Counted from the stretch's first letter, positions 19,438 to 29,596 are shown. The stretch: 64,000 bases of DNA from Victivallis vadensis (GCA_945883805.1 CAMCYE010000007.1:9260-73259), one strand, 5' to 3'. Numbers and translations: made by a program. Notes: a model not told the origin generated them from the sequence alone.

Positions 19438-21519
19438 TTATTCAGCTTTTATACCTTCCTTTTCCATTTCCTCCTTAATTGTCTGGTGCCAGGCATAAAT
19501 GCCCTTGCCAACATAATGATAATACATCCCATAGATATTCGCCGGCCAAGCTGCAGATTCATTGATTATTCTCTCTCGATCATTTCCGAGCCGCCACGCT
19601 TGTTTGAGTAGTTCAATTTTTTCTCCCTTCTCTATGGGCTGATCCGGATGTTCGTCAATGAAGGAAACCCACTCGACAGGCATCTTGTTCAACACAAAGG
19701 ACTTTCCTGGTTTTTGCCAGTACTCAAACTCAGCGATAATTCCTGCGCGACCAAAACACCACAACGGCACACCGGCCCGGCCCAGTTTACGGTAAATTGC
19801 AATTGCCTCCAATGTGGTTTTGGCATATTGATAGCCAAAGTCAATAACCTGGACACGTTCTGCATAAATCGGACTGTCTTTGACGGCATCTTTGGCTTTT
19901 TGCAGGGCGGCACCGGCTTTTACAATTGTTTTCTCAGGAAATATTTCAGGCCATTTATTAATTAATTCATTGTATTTAAAAGCTTTAATTTTATCCTGAT
20001 TTTCAATAATTGAGTTTTCAAAGATATCAAAATATTCCCTGATATAATTGGACGCTGGGCCAAATGCTTGATAATAACGTTTCATAACTTTGTCCGCGTC
20101 AATGTTCGGGTTCCACATCTGGTGCGCAACAAGATAGTAAACCGGCCCCTGAGTCGCATAATTCCTTTGGGATTCACCATGCATTGCCATAAGGCCGCAT
20201 TTATAAAGTTGCGGCATATCCTCCTTCAATTGCCTGGTGAAGACATAGGGCAGCCCAAGCCAATAATGCATGCCCCAATATTCATAAGATTTGATTTTGC
20301 AACCTACTTGCTGCCATCCTTCATACAATTTGTATAATTCTTTTTTACTTTCAGGTTTTGTGGAATAGGCCACACTGGAACAAAGTTCCACGTAAAGATT
20401 ATCTTCAAATTTATCTATGTTTGTCGGAGGATCCACGTAGCAGGAATACGCAATCATACCTACCCCTAAGCCAGGACGACTTTTTTTGACCTCTCGGGCG
20501 ACATAATTGGCATAATCCCAATACCGATTGGATAAATTCTGTTGAGCTGTTGCTGTTGTATAATCAGTATCCTTGGGGTCAAGCGCGCGACAATTTTCGC
20601 ATTGGCAAAAGCCAGCGCCATCGGCGGGGGAGATTGAAACAATAGAATAACCTTTATTATAAGGATTATTCAGACACTGACCCACAATATAATCCCGGAA
20701 CTCTTTGTTGGAGGTACAATACTGGATACTTGCCCCCTCCATACGTTCCCCATTGACCAAGGCTCTCCATTCAGGGTGCTGCTGTCCGATTCCTGCCATG
20801 TAACGATTCCAGCTATGCCCGAACCATGTTTTGGAGATACAGCTCAACTTTAGTCGTTTTACAAAAGCGCCGGACTGCAAGTTTGTCTCTTCTTTGGGAG
20901 CCGGTTGATTAAACGTGCCTTTTAGTTGGCGAACGCTCAATTTTGGGGAGTCAGTCCTGGAAAAAGGTTTAAGTCGTAATTCATTGTGTATTGGTACGTC
21001 TTCTCCGCTCTTGCCTGGCCATATCCATGCAATACCAAGCTCGTTTTCCAGAAAATCATATACTCCAAACAGAGTTCCGGTTCTGATAGCTTGTGATAAT
21101 GGATCGCCTTTCTCATCGTCACCACGAATGAACAATTTGCCATTCTTCACTAAAATCTGGAAACCCTCCGGATTGAATTCTTTAAGGCAATCTTCTTCTT
21201 TAGTTGCATAGGAGCAATTCCCGACATACGCATCAGCGGAGTCATCTTTGTTCAACTTGGATTCAGGCAGGATTATCGTTTTAATGCCGATCGATTGTCC
21301 AATATACTTTGCGAGTTCTTCAGCTGCGGTTTTTTCCACAGGCAACGGAACATCCGGATACGTGATTACAAAGTTCTTGTCAGGCTTAACTGTTAAATCC
21401 GAATCAGCAAAACTTCCTGGTATCATTGCCGAAGTCCATAATGTTAATATTACCGCAGCACTCAAAATAGCTTTTTTCATCTCATCCCTATTTTTGATAA
21501 ATTTATTGTTTGTTATCAT
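19438..21519 (-). CDS. DUF4838-like putative glycoside hydrolase, secreted
   Basis: 693-aa ORF. A signal peptide starts at the internal Met ('[25 protein letters not shown]', ATG at 21480), which is the more likely start. '[17 protein letters not shown]' Cys motif as in DUF4838 proteins. Confidence 0.55.
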   Translation of the reverse strand: MITNNKFIKNRDEMKKAILSAAVILTLWTSAMIPGSFADSDLTVKPDKNFVITYPDVPLPVEKTAAEELAKYIGQSIGIKTIILPESKLNKDDSADAYVGNCSYATKEEDCLKEFNPEGFQILVKNGKLFIRGDDEKGDPLSQAIRTGTLFGVYDFLENELGIAWIWPGKSGEDVPIHNELRLKPFSRTDSPKLSVRQLKGTFNQPAPKEETNLQSGAFVKRLKLSCISKTWFGHSWNRYMAGIGQQHPEWRALVNGERMEGASIQYCTSNKEFRDYIVGQCLNNPYNKGYSIVSISPADGAGFCQCENCRALDPKDTDYTTATAQQNLSNRYWDYANYVAREVKKSRPGLGVGMIAYSCYVDPPTNIDKFEDNLYVELCSSVAYSTKPESKKELYKLYEGWQQVGCKIKSYEYWGMHYWLGLPYVFTRQLKEDMPQLYKCGLMAMHGESQRNYATQGPVYYLVAHQMWNPNIDADKVMKRYYQAFGPASNYIREYFDIFENSIIENQDKIKAFKYNELINKWPEIFPEKTIVKAGAALQKAKDAVKDSPIYAERVQVIDFGYQYAKTTLEAIAIYRKLGRAGVPLWCFGRAGIIAEFEYWQKPGKSFVLNKMPVEWVSFIDEHPDQPIEKGEKIELLKQAWRLGNDRERIINESAAWPANIYGMYYHYVGKGIYAWHQTIKEEMEKEGIKAE

Positions 21520-22289
21520 ATTCCCCTCCAGAAAATTTTCACTTCATCACTTGCAGCAGGAATTCCATTACCGTCCCTTGGGAAATTAAATGCAGGCATA
21601 GAACCTGCATGTCCGTCCAGATAGAGGGAATTTATCGCTCTGTTATGGCGTGCATGGTACAATGTCTTTATAACAGAGTCGGGAGCTGTTCCATAGGTCA
21701 AAATATCGTTTGCACCTATAACGCCTTCGTGTCCAATCATATAATAATGGTTTGTGCCGTCGCTGAGATACATTGTTTCTGATGGATATTTGAAAACTGA
21801 CATTTTCTTGAAATAGATACGATAATTATTCAACTCATTATTACACAGGTATGATAGTCCGCCAGGTAAGCCAGTGGGTATTCTTGAGGGTAATGCACCC
21901 GCTACTCCAACGGATGTCATTTTAGCATATGGCTTTTGATCTGAGGGACAATTTAATAGCATTGCGTTTCCGTTCATTTCCCAAAGCAGGCAATACCAGT
22001 ACGGCGCAGTATTATACGAAGTGGGTGAACAATTATCGTAATCATTAGCATAAAGGTAAACCGATATGCCAAGTTGTCTTTGGTTTCCTATGCATGTAAT
22101 ACTCTGGGCTTTGTTTTTAGCCTTTGAAATGGCGGGCAAAAGCATTGCAGCCAGTATTGCGATAATAGCAATTACAACCAAAAGTTCTATTAATGTGAAT
22201 CTGTTGACAGATAGTGTGCTGCAACTTTCGTTGTCGCCTTTTTCCCGTTGATGTTTAAGATTCTTTGTTTTCATTTCAACCTCCTCCAT
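21516..22289 (-). CDS. Prepilin-type N-terminal cleavage/methylation domain protein, DUF1559 with H-X9-DG motif
   Basis: '[23 protein letters not shown]' is a class-III signal. C-terminal '[13 protein letters not shown]' is H-X9-DG. First gene of the operon. Confidence 0.8.
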   Translation of the reverse strand: MEEVEMKTKNLKHQREKGDNESCSTLSVNRFTLIELLVVIAIIAILAAMLLPAISKAKNKAQSITCIGNQRQLGISVYLYANDYDNCSPTSYNTAPYWYCLLWEMNGNAMLLNCPSDQKPYAKMTSVGVAGALPSRIPTGLPGGLSYLCNNELNNYRIYFKKMSVFKYPSETMYLSDGTNHYYMIGHEGVIGANDILTYGTAPDSVIKTLYHARHNRAINSLYLDGHAGSMPAFNFPRDGNGIPAASDEVKIFWRGI

Positions 22290-22556
22290 TTGTTATAGGT
22301 TAATTAAAAATAACGGTTCAATCTATTTGGATAGCCATGTTTTCATATGACTTTTCCCGTTTCCCTTACAGCGTCGACAACCTGCCTTTGCATGCAGCGT
22401 CAGGCAAGACGCGGAAATACAACAGGAGAATTTCACCTCTTTCCTCAAAACATTGTGATCAGGCTTATGCATGGTACGCATTCCTTGTAATGTTCAGGCA
22501 TGTTTAATTATCATGACGACGATTATATCGCTTTTGAGGCTGAATGTCAATGTCTT

Positions 22557-22592
22557 ATTGATGCAAATATTTGTACTATTGACGCATATTTG
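22557..22592. promoter_or_regulatory. Tandem direct repeat ATTGAYGCAWATATTTG, possible AraC-type operator upstream of the operon
   Basis: ATTGATGCAAATATTTG (22557..22573) and ATTGACGCATATTTG (22578..22592). The two repeat starts are 21 bp apart. Located between the AraC gene stop and the DUF1559 gene start (22289). Confidence 0.3.
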
Positions 22593-22598
22593 AAATAC

Positions 22599-23450
22599 TC
22601 AAACGGTGAATCCTAGTTCTCTGGAGGCCTTTTTCCGGTATTCCAACGGGGGCATTTTGGCAGTCTTTTTAAACCATTTTGAAAAATAGGCCTGATCGGA
22701 AAACGCGAAGGCGTCGGCTATTTCGGCGAGGGATCTGTCATTTTTCCTCAGGACACGGCAGACGCTGTTGAACCTGTTTTTCTCCCAGAATTTCTGCGGA
22801 GGGATATTGAAATAATGTTTGAACCTGCGGTTCATCTGGCTGACACTTAAAAAGCAGGACTTCGCCACTTTGCCAGCGTCATATTCCAGACAGTCCGGTG
22901 ACTGGAGAAGTTTGAAAATCTTGTTAATACTTACGTCATTTGAATGTTGACGGGGCGGGAGGAGTTTGTTAGAGATAAAATGCTTAATTGCAAGTTTATG
23001 TGCCAGCATTTCAATTTCCAATTTTTCCGGAAGTGGCAGGGCATCTATTTTTTCCATCCGGTTAAGGATTTTTTCACAGCAGTTGAAATAAGAGGGTTCA
23101 AATGAAAGAGGGAGTTCAAATAAATCTTCCAGAGGGTCGCCGTTCCCTGTCCACATCCGGTAATGTATGTTCATCATGCTTAATCCGGATTCGATTTCAA
23201 AATTGAATTCTGAAAATGGAGGTATGTTCAATACAATGCCTCTCTTCAGATTATGCATTTCGGAGTTGATGAATACTTTACCGTGTCCGGCTGTTATGTG
23301 GAGGATATGCGAGTCGGTATTGACTTGGACATTGCTCCTGCTTAAAAATTTTTCATGATGCACATTGCAGAAACGTATGAACTGGAATTTATGTTTTTTC
23401 AGCATTTCGTGACACATCATGCCTTCTTTCTTTACGCTACAGCCTGACAA
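22599..23450 (-). CDS. AraC-family transcriptional regulator
   Basis: 283 aa. Cupin-like N-terminal half. C-terminal double HTH 'VAKSCFLSVSQMNRRFKHYF...LAEIADAFAFSDQAYFSKWFKKTAKMPPLEYR'. Confidence 0.8.
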   Translation of the reverse strand: MSGCSVKKEGMMCHEMLKKHKFQFIRFCNVHHEKFLSRSNVQVNTDSHILHITAGHGKVFINSEMHNLKRGIVLNIPPFSEFNFEIESGLSMMNIHYRMWTGNGDPLEDLFELPLSFEPSYFNCCEKILNRMEKIDALPLPEKLEIEMLAHKLAIKHFISNKLLPPRQHSNDVSINKIFKLLQSPDCLEYDAGKVAKSCFLSVSQMNRRFKHYFNIPPQKFWEKNRFNSVCRVLRKNDRSLAEIADAFAFSDQAYFSKWFKKTAKMPPLEYRKKASRELGFTV

Positions 23451-23517
23451 CTGATGGGAATTTTGATTTTCATACTGGAAGGAATATACCTGAAGATGGA
23501 AAATAAATCAAGGAAAT

Positions 23518-23601
23518 CCGAGCAGTCCCTTCGGGGACGGGTTTCGCTCTGCGACGCCGAAGCTGGCAGAGCGAGGAGAGGGAAGAATCCTCCCTGGTCG
23601 A
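23518..23601. other. Cluster of GC-rich hairpins in an AT-rich gap (candidate small structured RNA, strand unknown)
   Basis: TCCC-TTCG-GGGA (23526..23537; a C(UUCG)G loop on the plus strand). CGCTCTGC-13 nt-GCAGAGCG (23545..23573). AGGGA-7 nt-TCCCT (23579..23595). A possible closing helix is CGAGCAG/CTGGTCG (23519..23525 with 23594..23600, one mismatch). Confidence 0.3.
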
Positions 23602-23856
23602 GAATCAGTTGTTTAAAGAAATAAATCATAGTTTCAATAACAGTAATTTTAAATTAAAGTGTCAAATTTAAATCAGGACTTGACATCCCAAGCCGGAATA
23701 CAGCCGTAGCCTTGATGTGGATATAGTATTATGGTTTGGATAGGCGGAATAATTGAATAAAACTGGTAATTTCTGGGATGCATTGGAGCAGCTTAATCGG
23801 GAATTTGATGTCGATGGTCTGTATATCAGCCATCTTTTCCGTTTAAAAATAGACTG

Positions 23857-24456
23857 TCATTTTATCTGCCAGCGGTCATCTTTTTCCAGCACGGAACGCG
23901 CTCCGTCGCCGTCAAGCCAGGATTTTGCGGAGAAATCATTGCGCAACAACATATCCCGGAACGCCGTGCTCAGGGCGAGAATCGCCCGATGGTGATTCGG
24001 ATTCCTCTGTTCGGTATCGCCTGGCAGTTCGCGGTCCGAAAAAGCGGAATGCTCGGCCCGGTAGAGAACCAGTTCGTATTTACCGCCCGCCGGCAGCGCA
24101 GGAAATACTGCCAGACGGGATTTCACATCAGCATCGCCGATGACGGAGACGTCCTTTGTCCCGGTCATCAGCATCCACGGTATTTTTACATTGCCAAACG
24201 CTTGCTGTGGGTTTGCACCTTGACGCGGAATGCTGGGACTGAATGCGATTGCCGCCTTGATTCTCAGGTCAGTGAACGGCATTTTTCTCCATCTGGTCCT
24301 TTGTCCGCTGACGGCCTGGGTTGTTACTGCGCCGAAGGAATGGCCCGACATGCCAATTTGCGTGGGATTCAGACGCCCGGACAGCACATGTCCATCAAGT
24401 TTATTCCAGAGTTCAAGCTGATCGATAACGGCAGGAACGTCTTTCACCCGCAACAT
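23857..24456 (-). CDS. Alpha/beta hydrolase, C-terminal ~200 aa only (COG4188/PAF-acetylhydrolase-like); N-terminally truncated, possible pseudogene
   Basis: Nucleophile elbow '[12 protein letters not shown]' lies about 35 aa from the first plausible Met (ATG at 24456). The longer ORF to 24582 overlaps the upstream lipoprotein gene and translates to low-quality sequence. Confidence 0.5.
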   Translation of the reverse strand: MLRVKDVPAVIDQLELWNKLDGHVLSGRLNPTQIGMSGHSFGAVTTQAVSGQRTRWRKMPFTDLRIKAAIAFSPSIPRQGANPQQAFGNVKIPWMLMTGTKDVSVIGDADVKSRLAVFPALPAGGKYELVLYRAEHSAFSDRELPGDTEQRNPNHHRAILALSTAFRDMLLRNDFSAKSWLDGDGARSVLEKDDRWQIK

Positions 24457-24466
24457 AAGTGAAACT

Positions 24467-25198
24467 CTAAAAATTCGTATGCGGTGGTGTAGGAGCAGTC
24501 TGAAACCGGATCCCCGCGAATTTCTTCTTGAAATCGATAAGCAGTTTTCGAAGAGTGTCAACCTTGACGGCATTGACGGCATTTTCAGTATTTGCGGAAT
24601 TGGTCCTTATGAAAAGTGTCGTATTCACATCCCTCTTGACACTGTCTGATTTTATACTGATGAGGGATTTCCGGCTCTTCATGTCCCAAAGTTCGAGGCG
24701 GACAAGTATCGTTACGTCCATGTTCGAACCCGGAAGCACCAGCGCCCCTATGATTGTCGGATCAAGGATTCCAAGCGGGTTGATGTATTTGCTGACGTTT
24801 ATAACACCTCTGACAGTCAGCAGGGCGTCAGCCCCGGTTTCAGAGGCCGTTTTCATCGCCTCTCCCAGATCCTGGAGAGGCCTATCCTGTTCCGGAATAA
24901 AAAAGTATTTTGAAACACCGCCTTCCTTTACAAGACTGTCGGCATACGATGAGACCATTTTTTCCTCAGTGTCGTCCCAGTTCCAGACTCTTTTATACTC
25001 TCCTGACGAGTCTGCGGTTTCAAGATCAAGCAGGATCCCCAGCTTGAATGGTTTTGCAAGGGAAGTGTCTGTGGGCCGGACTATCTCAGGATTTGCCGAG
25101 GCAAGTCTTTTCTCGGCGGCAACCCTGTCAAACGATGCACAGCCGGAGAAGGCAAGAGTCAATAAAATAAGTCCCTGAATGCAGATGAGTTTTTTCAT
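24467..25198 (-). CDS. Hypothetical lipoprotein
   Basis: Internal start '[20 protein letters not shown]' (ATG at 25198) gives a signal peptide plus lipobox-like FSGC. No recognised domain. Confidence 0.6.
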   Translation of the reverse strand: MKKLICIQGLILLTLAFSGCASFDRVAAEKRLASANPEIVRPTDTSLAKPFKLGILLDLETADSSGEYKRVWNWDDTEEKMVSSYADSLVKEGGVSKYFFIPEQDRPLQDLGEAMKTASETGADALLTVRGVINVSKYINPLGILDPTIIGALVLPGSNMDVTILVRLELWDMKSRKSLISIKSDSVKRDVNTTLFIRTNSANTENAVNAVKVDTLRKLLIDFKKKFAGIRFQTAPTPPHTNF

Positions 25199-25450
25199 GG
25201 TGTCAAACCTTTTTTTTAAGTTAAGGCAATTCGTACTGTCATCCTCAAGTATGGCGGTTTCGGACTTCGGTGAGCTCAGTCGAACCGCGAAACTGGCATA
25301 CAAAACAACAACTTAGACCGAGAAACATTACGCGTAAATGTATTTTTATACTGTTTCGCTCTCATTTGGATAAAAGTATGTCGGGTTTTAACCCGACGAT
25401 TAATTGGCGGTTTTAAAACCACCTTACTTTTTGAATGCAACTTGGTATTA

Positions 25451-27808
25451 TCAGTTACGGGGCGGGTTTATTCTTCTCGCATATTTCTTCCTGAATGATT
25501 CTGAGGCGTTTTTAAAGCGGGTTTCCAGTTTTTCCCGTTCTTCCGAGGGGATGGAGCCGGTTTTATCCCATTTTTTCAGTATTTTATCGAATCGGTCCAT
25601 AGTTTCGCCTATGTTTTCCTTTTTCAACTGGTCCGACATGCCGAAATTGCTCTCTATCGCAAGCCTGAGTTCATTTATCAGGTCGCTGGAAACTCCTTTT
25701 TCGGGTTCAATCCCGTCGGTTACCGGTGCGCCTGCAAGCTGTTCCATCTCAACACAGAGCTTCTTTTTGACCTTCAGATTATCCTTCTGTTTCAGTGCGA
25801 TGGCGGTGAAGAATCCAGTATCCCTGTTTTTCAAGGCGTTCAAGGCTTCGAGGAATCTTGCATTGAGTTCATCGTTTCTCTCTTTCGGAACAGGCCCGAC
25901 GGAATTCCATCTGTCCTCAAATCCGGCCACGGCTTCTTCGATGTTGCCGTCCAAGGCATTTTCCTGAGACGCAAATCCGGCAATATCCACCAGTATTTTC
26001 TCCTTGGAGACGGTATTCCTTTCGAAAGCCGATTGCAGATCGCGGCGGGATTCGTGGTATTTGGCTTCTGATAGTTCCAGAAGGGATTGGAATTTGTCCT
26101 CCATGTCCTTATCCATGTCCCTTGGAAGCGGCCAGATATTTTTCCATTCGTCTATCAGGGTTCTGATGGTCTCAGCCACTTTTTCGCAGTCGGTTCTCAA
26201 TTCCTCGGAATTCGATAGCTTTTCGATTTCAGCCAGTATATTTTGTTTTTTCAGCAGATTTTCATTTCTTGTCAGATCGACTTTTTCGTAGAATTTGTTC
26301 AGTGCGGAATTAAACCTCTCCCAGAGATTCTGGTCTTCCCTTCTTCCGACATGTGCCGCATTTTTCCATCTGTTGCGCAAGTCTGAAGCCATGCGGAGGG
26401 ACTGTCTCAAGTCCGTGCTGTCAAGGAGGGATTCCGCCTCCTCGGAGAGTGAAATTTTGACCTTTCTGTTTTCAGCCTGAATTCTGTGGACTTCCTTGTA
26501 GTGGGCCTTGCGCCGTTCAAAGAAAATGTTGCAGGGTTTTCTGAAACGCTGGAAGATTTCCTCTTCTTTTCCCCTTGGTACAGGACCGATTCCGTTCCAT
26601 TCCGACTGCAGGCTTTTCAATTTATCGGCGGTCTCCTCCCAGTTTTCCGAGTTCTGAACCTCTTCCGCCTGTTCACACAGCGATGTTTTTTTCAGCAGAT
26701 GTTCGACACGTTTTTTGCTTTGCTCCTCGAAGAATTCCCTGCACGTCTGGTATATCTTGTCGCAGTCCAACCGGAACCTTTCCCATATTTCGCTGGATTT
26801 CTCCTTGGGCACGGATCCGATTCGTTTCCATTCGTCCTGCAGTGTCTTCAAGGTCTGGGAGCGGATGTGAAAACTGGTTTCCTCAAAGAGTTTCTCGGCT
26901 TTTTCGCAGAGTCCGAGCTTCATCGTGTAGTTCTCCCACCTGCTCCAGTCTTCTTCCTCGAATATCTCGTTTATTTTCCTGTGGTAGGAGTGGAGGAGGG
27001 ATTTGAAATGCTTCTGGAGTTTCTCCTTTTCAAAATCCGCGATTTCGGAAAGTTTCCACCTTGATTTTATCTCTTTGACCTTGGGCAGCATCGATTTCAG
27101 GTTTTCCGCATTCAGGCACAGTTCCATCTCGCCACACAGCTCACTCAGCAGTTTTCTTTCCGCCTCGAGCGTGTTCGTGAACTCGGTTTTCCTTCTGATG
27201 AAGTTCTCCACCGCCTTGTCAAAGCGCTCCTTGAACTGATCAACTCCGCGGATTTCCGAAACGACGTGAATCCATCTCTCTTTTATTTTCTTAAGTTCCT
27301 TTTCCGCGCTCTTCCATTCCGACCCCTCGGAGAGCTCCTCGGCAATTTTGCAGAGATGTTCTATTTCGGGCAGGCGTTCGTGGAGGATTTCGACATGTTT
27401 TGAAAAAGTATGCAAGATCTTTTCAAAGCGGGTCTGCAGGATTTCAAGATATGCTTCCGGAATGTCCGGCAGATCCTTCCATTCGGATTTGATTTTTTTG
27501 ACACGGTCCGCGAATTCCGCAGGATTCTGCGAGTCTGAAAACTTTTCTATTTCCTCGCACAGGGCCTCCCTTTCGGCGATCCTTGCCTTCCGGATCCTGT
27601 CATTTTCAAGTCGTGTGTTAAATGCGGAATGTGCGTCGTCGAAACGTTTTTTTAATTCCGAATGCCTGCCTTCAGGGTCAAGACTGTTCCACTTCCGTAC
27701 GGTTTCGGTGAAAAAGGAATCAACGTCCTTCCAGTTGGATGTTTTGGCGAGTTTTTCTGATTCAAGGCAAAAGTTCTCAAGATTCTGGGCGACAGTATCC
27801 ATTGGCAA
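25451..27808 (-). CDS. DUF349 repeat protein
   Basis: 785 aa. About ten repeats of the pattern (E/R)W(K/N)xxGxVP(R/K)xxxxxLWxRF, e.g. 'EWKRIGSVPKEKSSEIWERFR', 'EWNGIGPVPRGKEEEIFQRFR', 'RWNSVGPVPKERNDELNARF'. Confidence 0.75.
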   Translation of the reverse strand: MPMDTVAQNLENFCLESEKLAKTSNWKDVDSFFTETVRKWNSLDPEGRHSELKKRFDDAHSAFNTRLENDRIRKARIAEREALCEEIEKFSDSQNPAEFADRVKKIKSEWKDLPDIPEAYLEILQTRFEKILHTFSKHVEILHERLPEIEHLCKIAEELSEGSEWKSAEKELKKIKERWIHVVSEIRGVDQFKERFDKAVENFIRRKTEFTNTLEAERKLLSELCGEMELCLNAENLKSMLPKVKEIKSRWKLSEIADFEKEKLQKHFKSLLHSYHRKINEIFEEEDWSRWENYTMKLGLCEKAEKLFEETSFHIRSQTLKTLQDEWKRIGSVPKEKSSEIWERFRLDCDKIYQTCREFFEEQSKKRVEHLLKKTSLCEQAEEVQNSENWEETADKLKSLQSEWNGIGPVPRGKEEEIFQRFRKPCNIFFERRKAHYKEVHRIQAENRKVKISLSEEAESLLDSTDLRQSLRMASDLRNRWKNAAHVGRREDQNLWERFNSALNKFYEKVDLTRNENLLKKQNILAEIEKLSNSEELRTDCEKVAETIRTLIDEWKNIWPLPRDMDKDMEDKFQSLLELSEAKYHESRRDLQSAFERNTVSKEKILVDIAGFASQENALDGNIEEAVAGFEDRWNSVGPVPKERNDELNARFLEALNALKNRDTGFFTAIALKQKDNLKVKKKLCVEMEQLAGAPVTDGIEPEKGVSSDLINELRLAIESNFGMSDQLKKENIGETMDRFDKILKKWDKTGSIPSEEREKLETRFKNASESFRKKYARRINPPRN

Positions 27809-28047
27809 TCAGTCCATTATCTGTTTTATTTTTGGTAATCCTTCTAAACATACCAAGTGAAAAAACTATGTCAACCCCATATTCACATATCTCAATCCCG
27901 TATTCACAGTTGTATTTTATTTGGAATTGAGGTAGTTTAGTGTTCGTTTGATTTTCCTAGGATCACTATAATGGATGGCATCGATTATGCTAGACACATT
28001 CGGTTGCATGTAATGATAAAAGTGCGGAGACAGGCGGGGTTTACATT

Positions 28048-29100
28048 ATGAATGCTGGCATGTTTAAAGGACGAATTCGTTCAAGGTTTACGCTTGTTGA
28101 AATCTTGATAGTGCTTGTTATTTTTGCGATTTTAGCCGCAATATTGCTTCCTGCCCTGTCCAGGGCCAAGGACAAGGCGAAATTCATCCGCTGGTTCGCT
28201 TTCAACAGGCAGTGCGCCAATGATCCCGCATGCATAGTGAATTTTAATTTTCAGGAGGGGGAAGGGAACACCCTCAGCAACATCTGCGCAGGCGCAGATG
28301 TGGAGAACTTCAAGGCATACGAATACGACGGGCACCTGATGAAGAACAACAGCAGCAGCACCACCGTCAATAATTTCCAATGGCTTAAATCGGGCGGAAG
28401 ATGGGGCAAGTACGGATATAAGAAGGCATTGCAGTTTAACGGAGCGGACACGTACATCCTGATACCCGGCACACAGGGGTTGGATTTCACCCCAATGGAT
28501 GAGTTTACTATCCTGTGCTGGCTGAAATTTGACAAAATGGGGTTTGGCGACTGTCCTCTCTCCAAGTCCCTTTGGGGAACCAGAACCGATGCCGCCGCCC
28601 AATATGATTTATATGCCAATCCATATGCGGGCTCATTCGGACAGGGCTCATTTGACGTGGATGTGTTTGAGACGTGCGCGTCATGGATTAACACAGACGT
28701 GGATTTTGAAAAGACGGGCTGGCTGCACTTGGCGCTGCGCTATTCCTATACCGGCCTTGACGCTTCAGGAAATCCGAAAGGACAGATCACGGTATTTGTC
28801 AACGGACAGCCTCTCGGACCTTTCTTTGACGGTACAAATGAAAATCCGAATACCGCCACTGCGACGGGATGGAAGGCCTGTTCGGGCAAAGGGATGAATG
28901 TGCCTCTTGTTCTTGGAGCCGCAGGCTGTTACAGGAAATATTGGAGTCCGGAAACGTATGATCCTAAAAACCCTGGAAATCTTGCCAACGAACTCTTACT
29001 GAATTTCTTCTTCAAGGGGAGAATGGATGAATTCCTCCTTTTTAAGCGGGCGCTTCCGGACAAGGAAATATACGGCCAGTATTATATGGGAAGCGAGTAA
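28048..29100 (+). CDS. Prepilin-type N-terminal domain protein fused to LamG domain
   Basis: 'RFTLVEILIVLVIFAILAAILLPALSRAKDKAK'. Then 'LQFNGADTYILIPG...FTILCWLKF...WLHLALRY...ITVFVNGQPLG...GRMDEFLLFKRALPDKEI' (Laminin_G_3 pattern). Confidence 0.75.
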   Translation: MNAGMFKGRIRSRFTLVEILIVLVIFAILAAILLPALSRAKDKAKFIRWFAFNRQCANDPACIVNFNFQEGEGNTLSNICAGADVENFKAYEYDGHLMKNNSSSTTVNNFQWLKSGGRWGKYGYKKALQFNGADTYILIPGTQGLDFTPMDEFTILCWLKFDKMGFGDCPLSKSLWGTRTDAAAQYDLYANPYAGSFGQGSFDVDVFETCASWINTDVDFEKTGWLHLALRYSYTGLDASGNPKGQITVFVNGQPLGPFFDGTNENPNTATATGWKACSGKGMNVPLVLGAAGCYRKYWSPETYDPKNPGNLANELLLNFFFKGRMDEFLLFKRALPDKEIYGQYYMGSE

Positions 29101-29118
29101 AGGAAAGAGAGGAAAACA

Positions 29119-29544
29119 ATGGAAACGCTTTTGCAGATGATGAAAAATAAAAATGCGGTGAAATTCGTCATTCTTTCGGTATTGACAATTGTTTTGGCAT
29201 CAATTGTTTATGTCGATTATTTTTCCCGTACTCCTCCTCCGGAAGGTGCGCTTCGTGTCGTGAAGTGTTCAGGTTGCGGGGATCAGGGCGTAAAGATGAT
29301 AAAGGATATAAATGACAGGCGCGATCCCAAATGCATTTGTGAAAAATGTAAAAAGCCGCTGGGTTACGCATTCAAGTGTGACAATTGCGATTTTGAATAT
29401 CCGGTAATTCCGGTTGAAAAGCCTCCCGCCGGTGAAATGGCGAAAATGAAGACCATGGCAAAGTTCACCTATGTGTTACAAGAGCGGAAATGCCCAAACT
29501 GCGGCTCCGTGAGCACCACTCCGATTTCCGTGGAAAAGAAATAA
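29119..29544 (+). CDS. Membrane-anchored double zinc-ribbon protein (hypothetical)
   Basis: 141 aa with one N-terminal TM segment. Four CxxC pairs: CSGC, CEKC, CDNC, CPNC. Begins 18 nt after the LamG gene. Confidence 0.55.
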   Translation: METLLQMMKNKNAVKFVILSVLTIVLASIVYVDYFSRTPPPEGALRVVKCSGCGDQGVKMIKDINDRRDPKCICEKCKKPLGYAFKCDNCDFEYPVIPVEKPPAGEMAKMKTMAKFTYVLQERKCPNCGSVSTTPISVEKK

Positions 29545-29596
29545 AGGGAATCTCCGGGATATTTTCTTTATTGAAGCCTGTTACCTGACGCCATTT

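Noticed and set aside
23518-23601. tRNA or tRNA-like gene (multi-stem junction of about 85 nt)
   Set aside because: The stem and loop sizes do not fit a cloverleaf on either strand: an 8-bp stem with a 13-nt loop, a 4-nt loop, no T-loop TTCRANY and no 7-nt anticodon loop.
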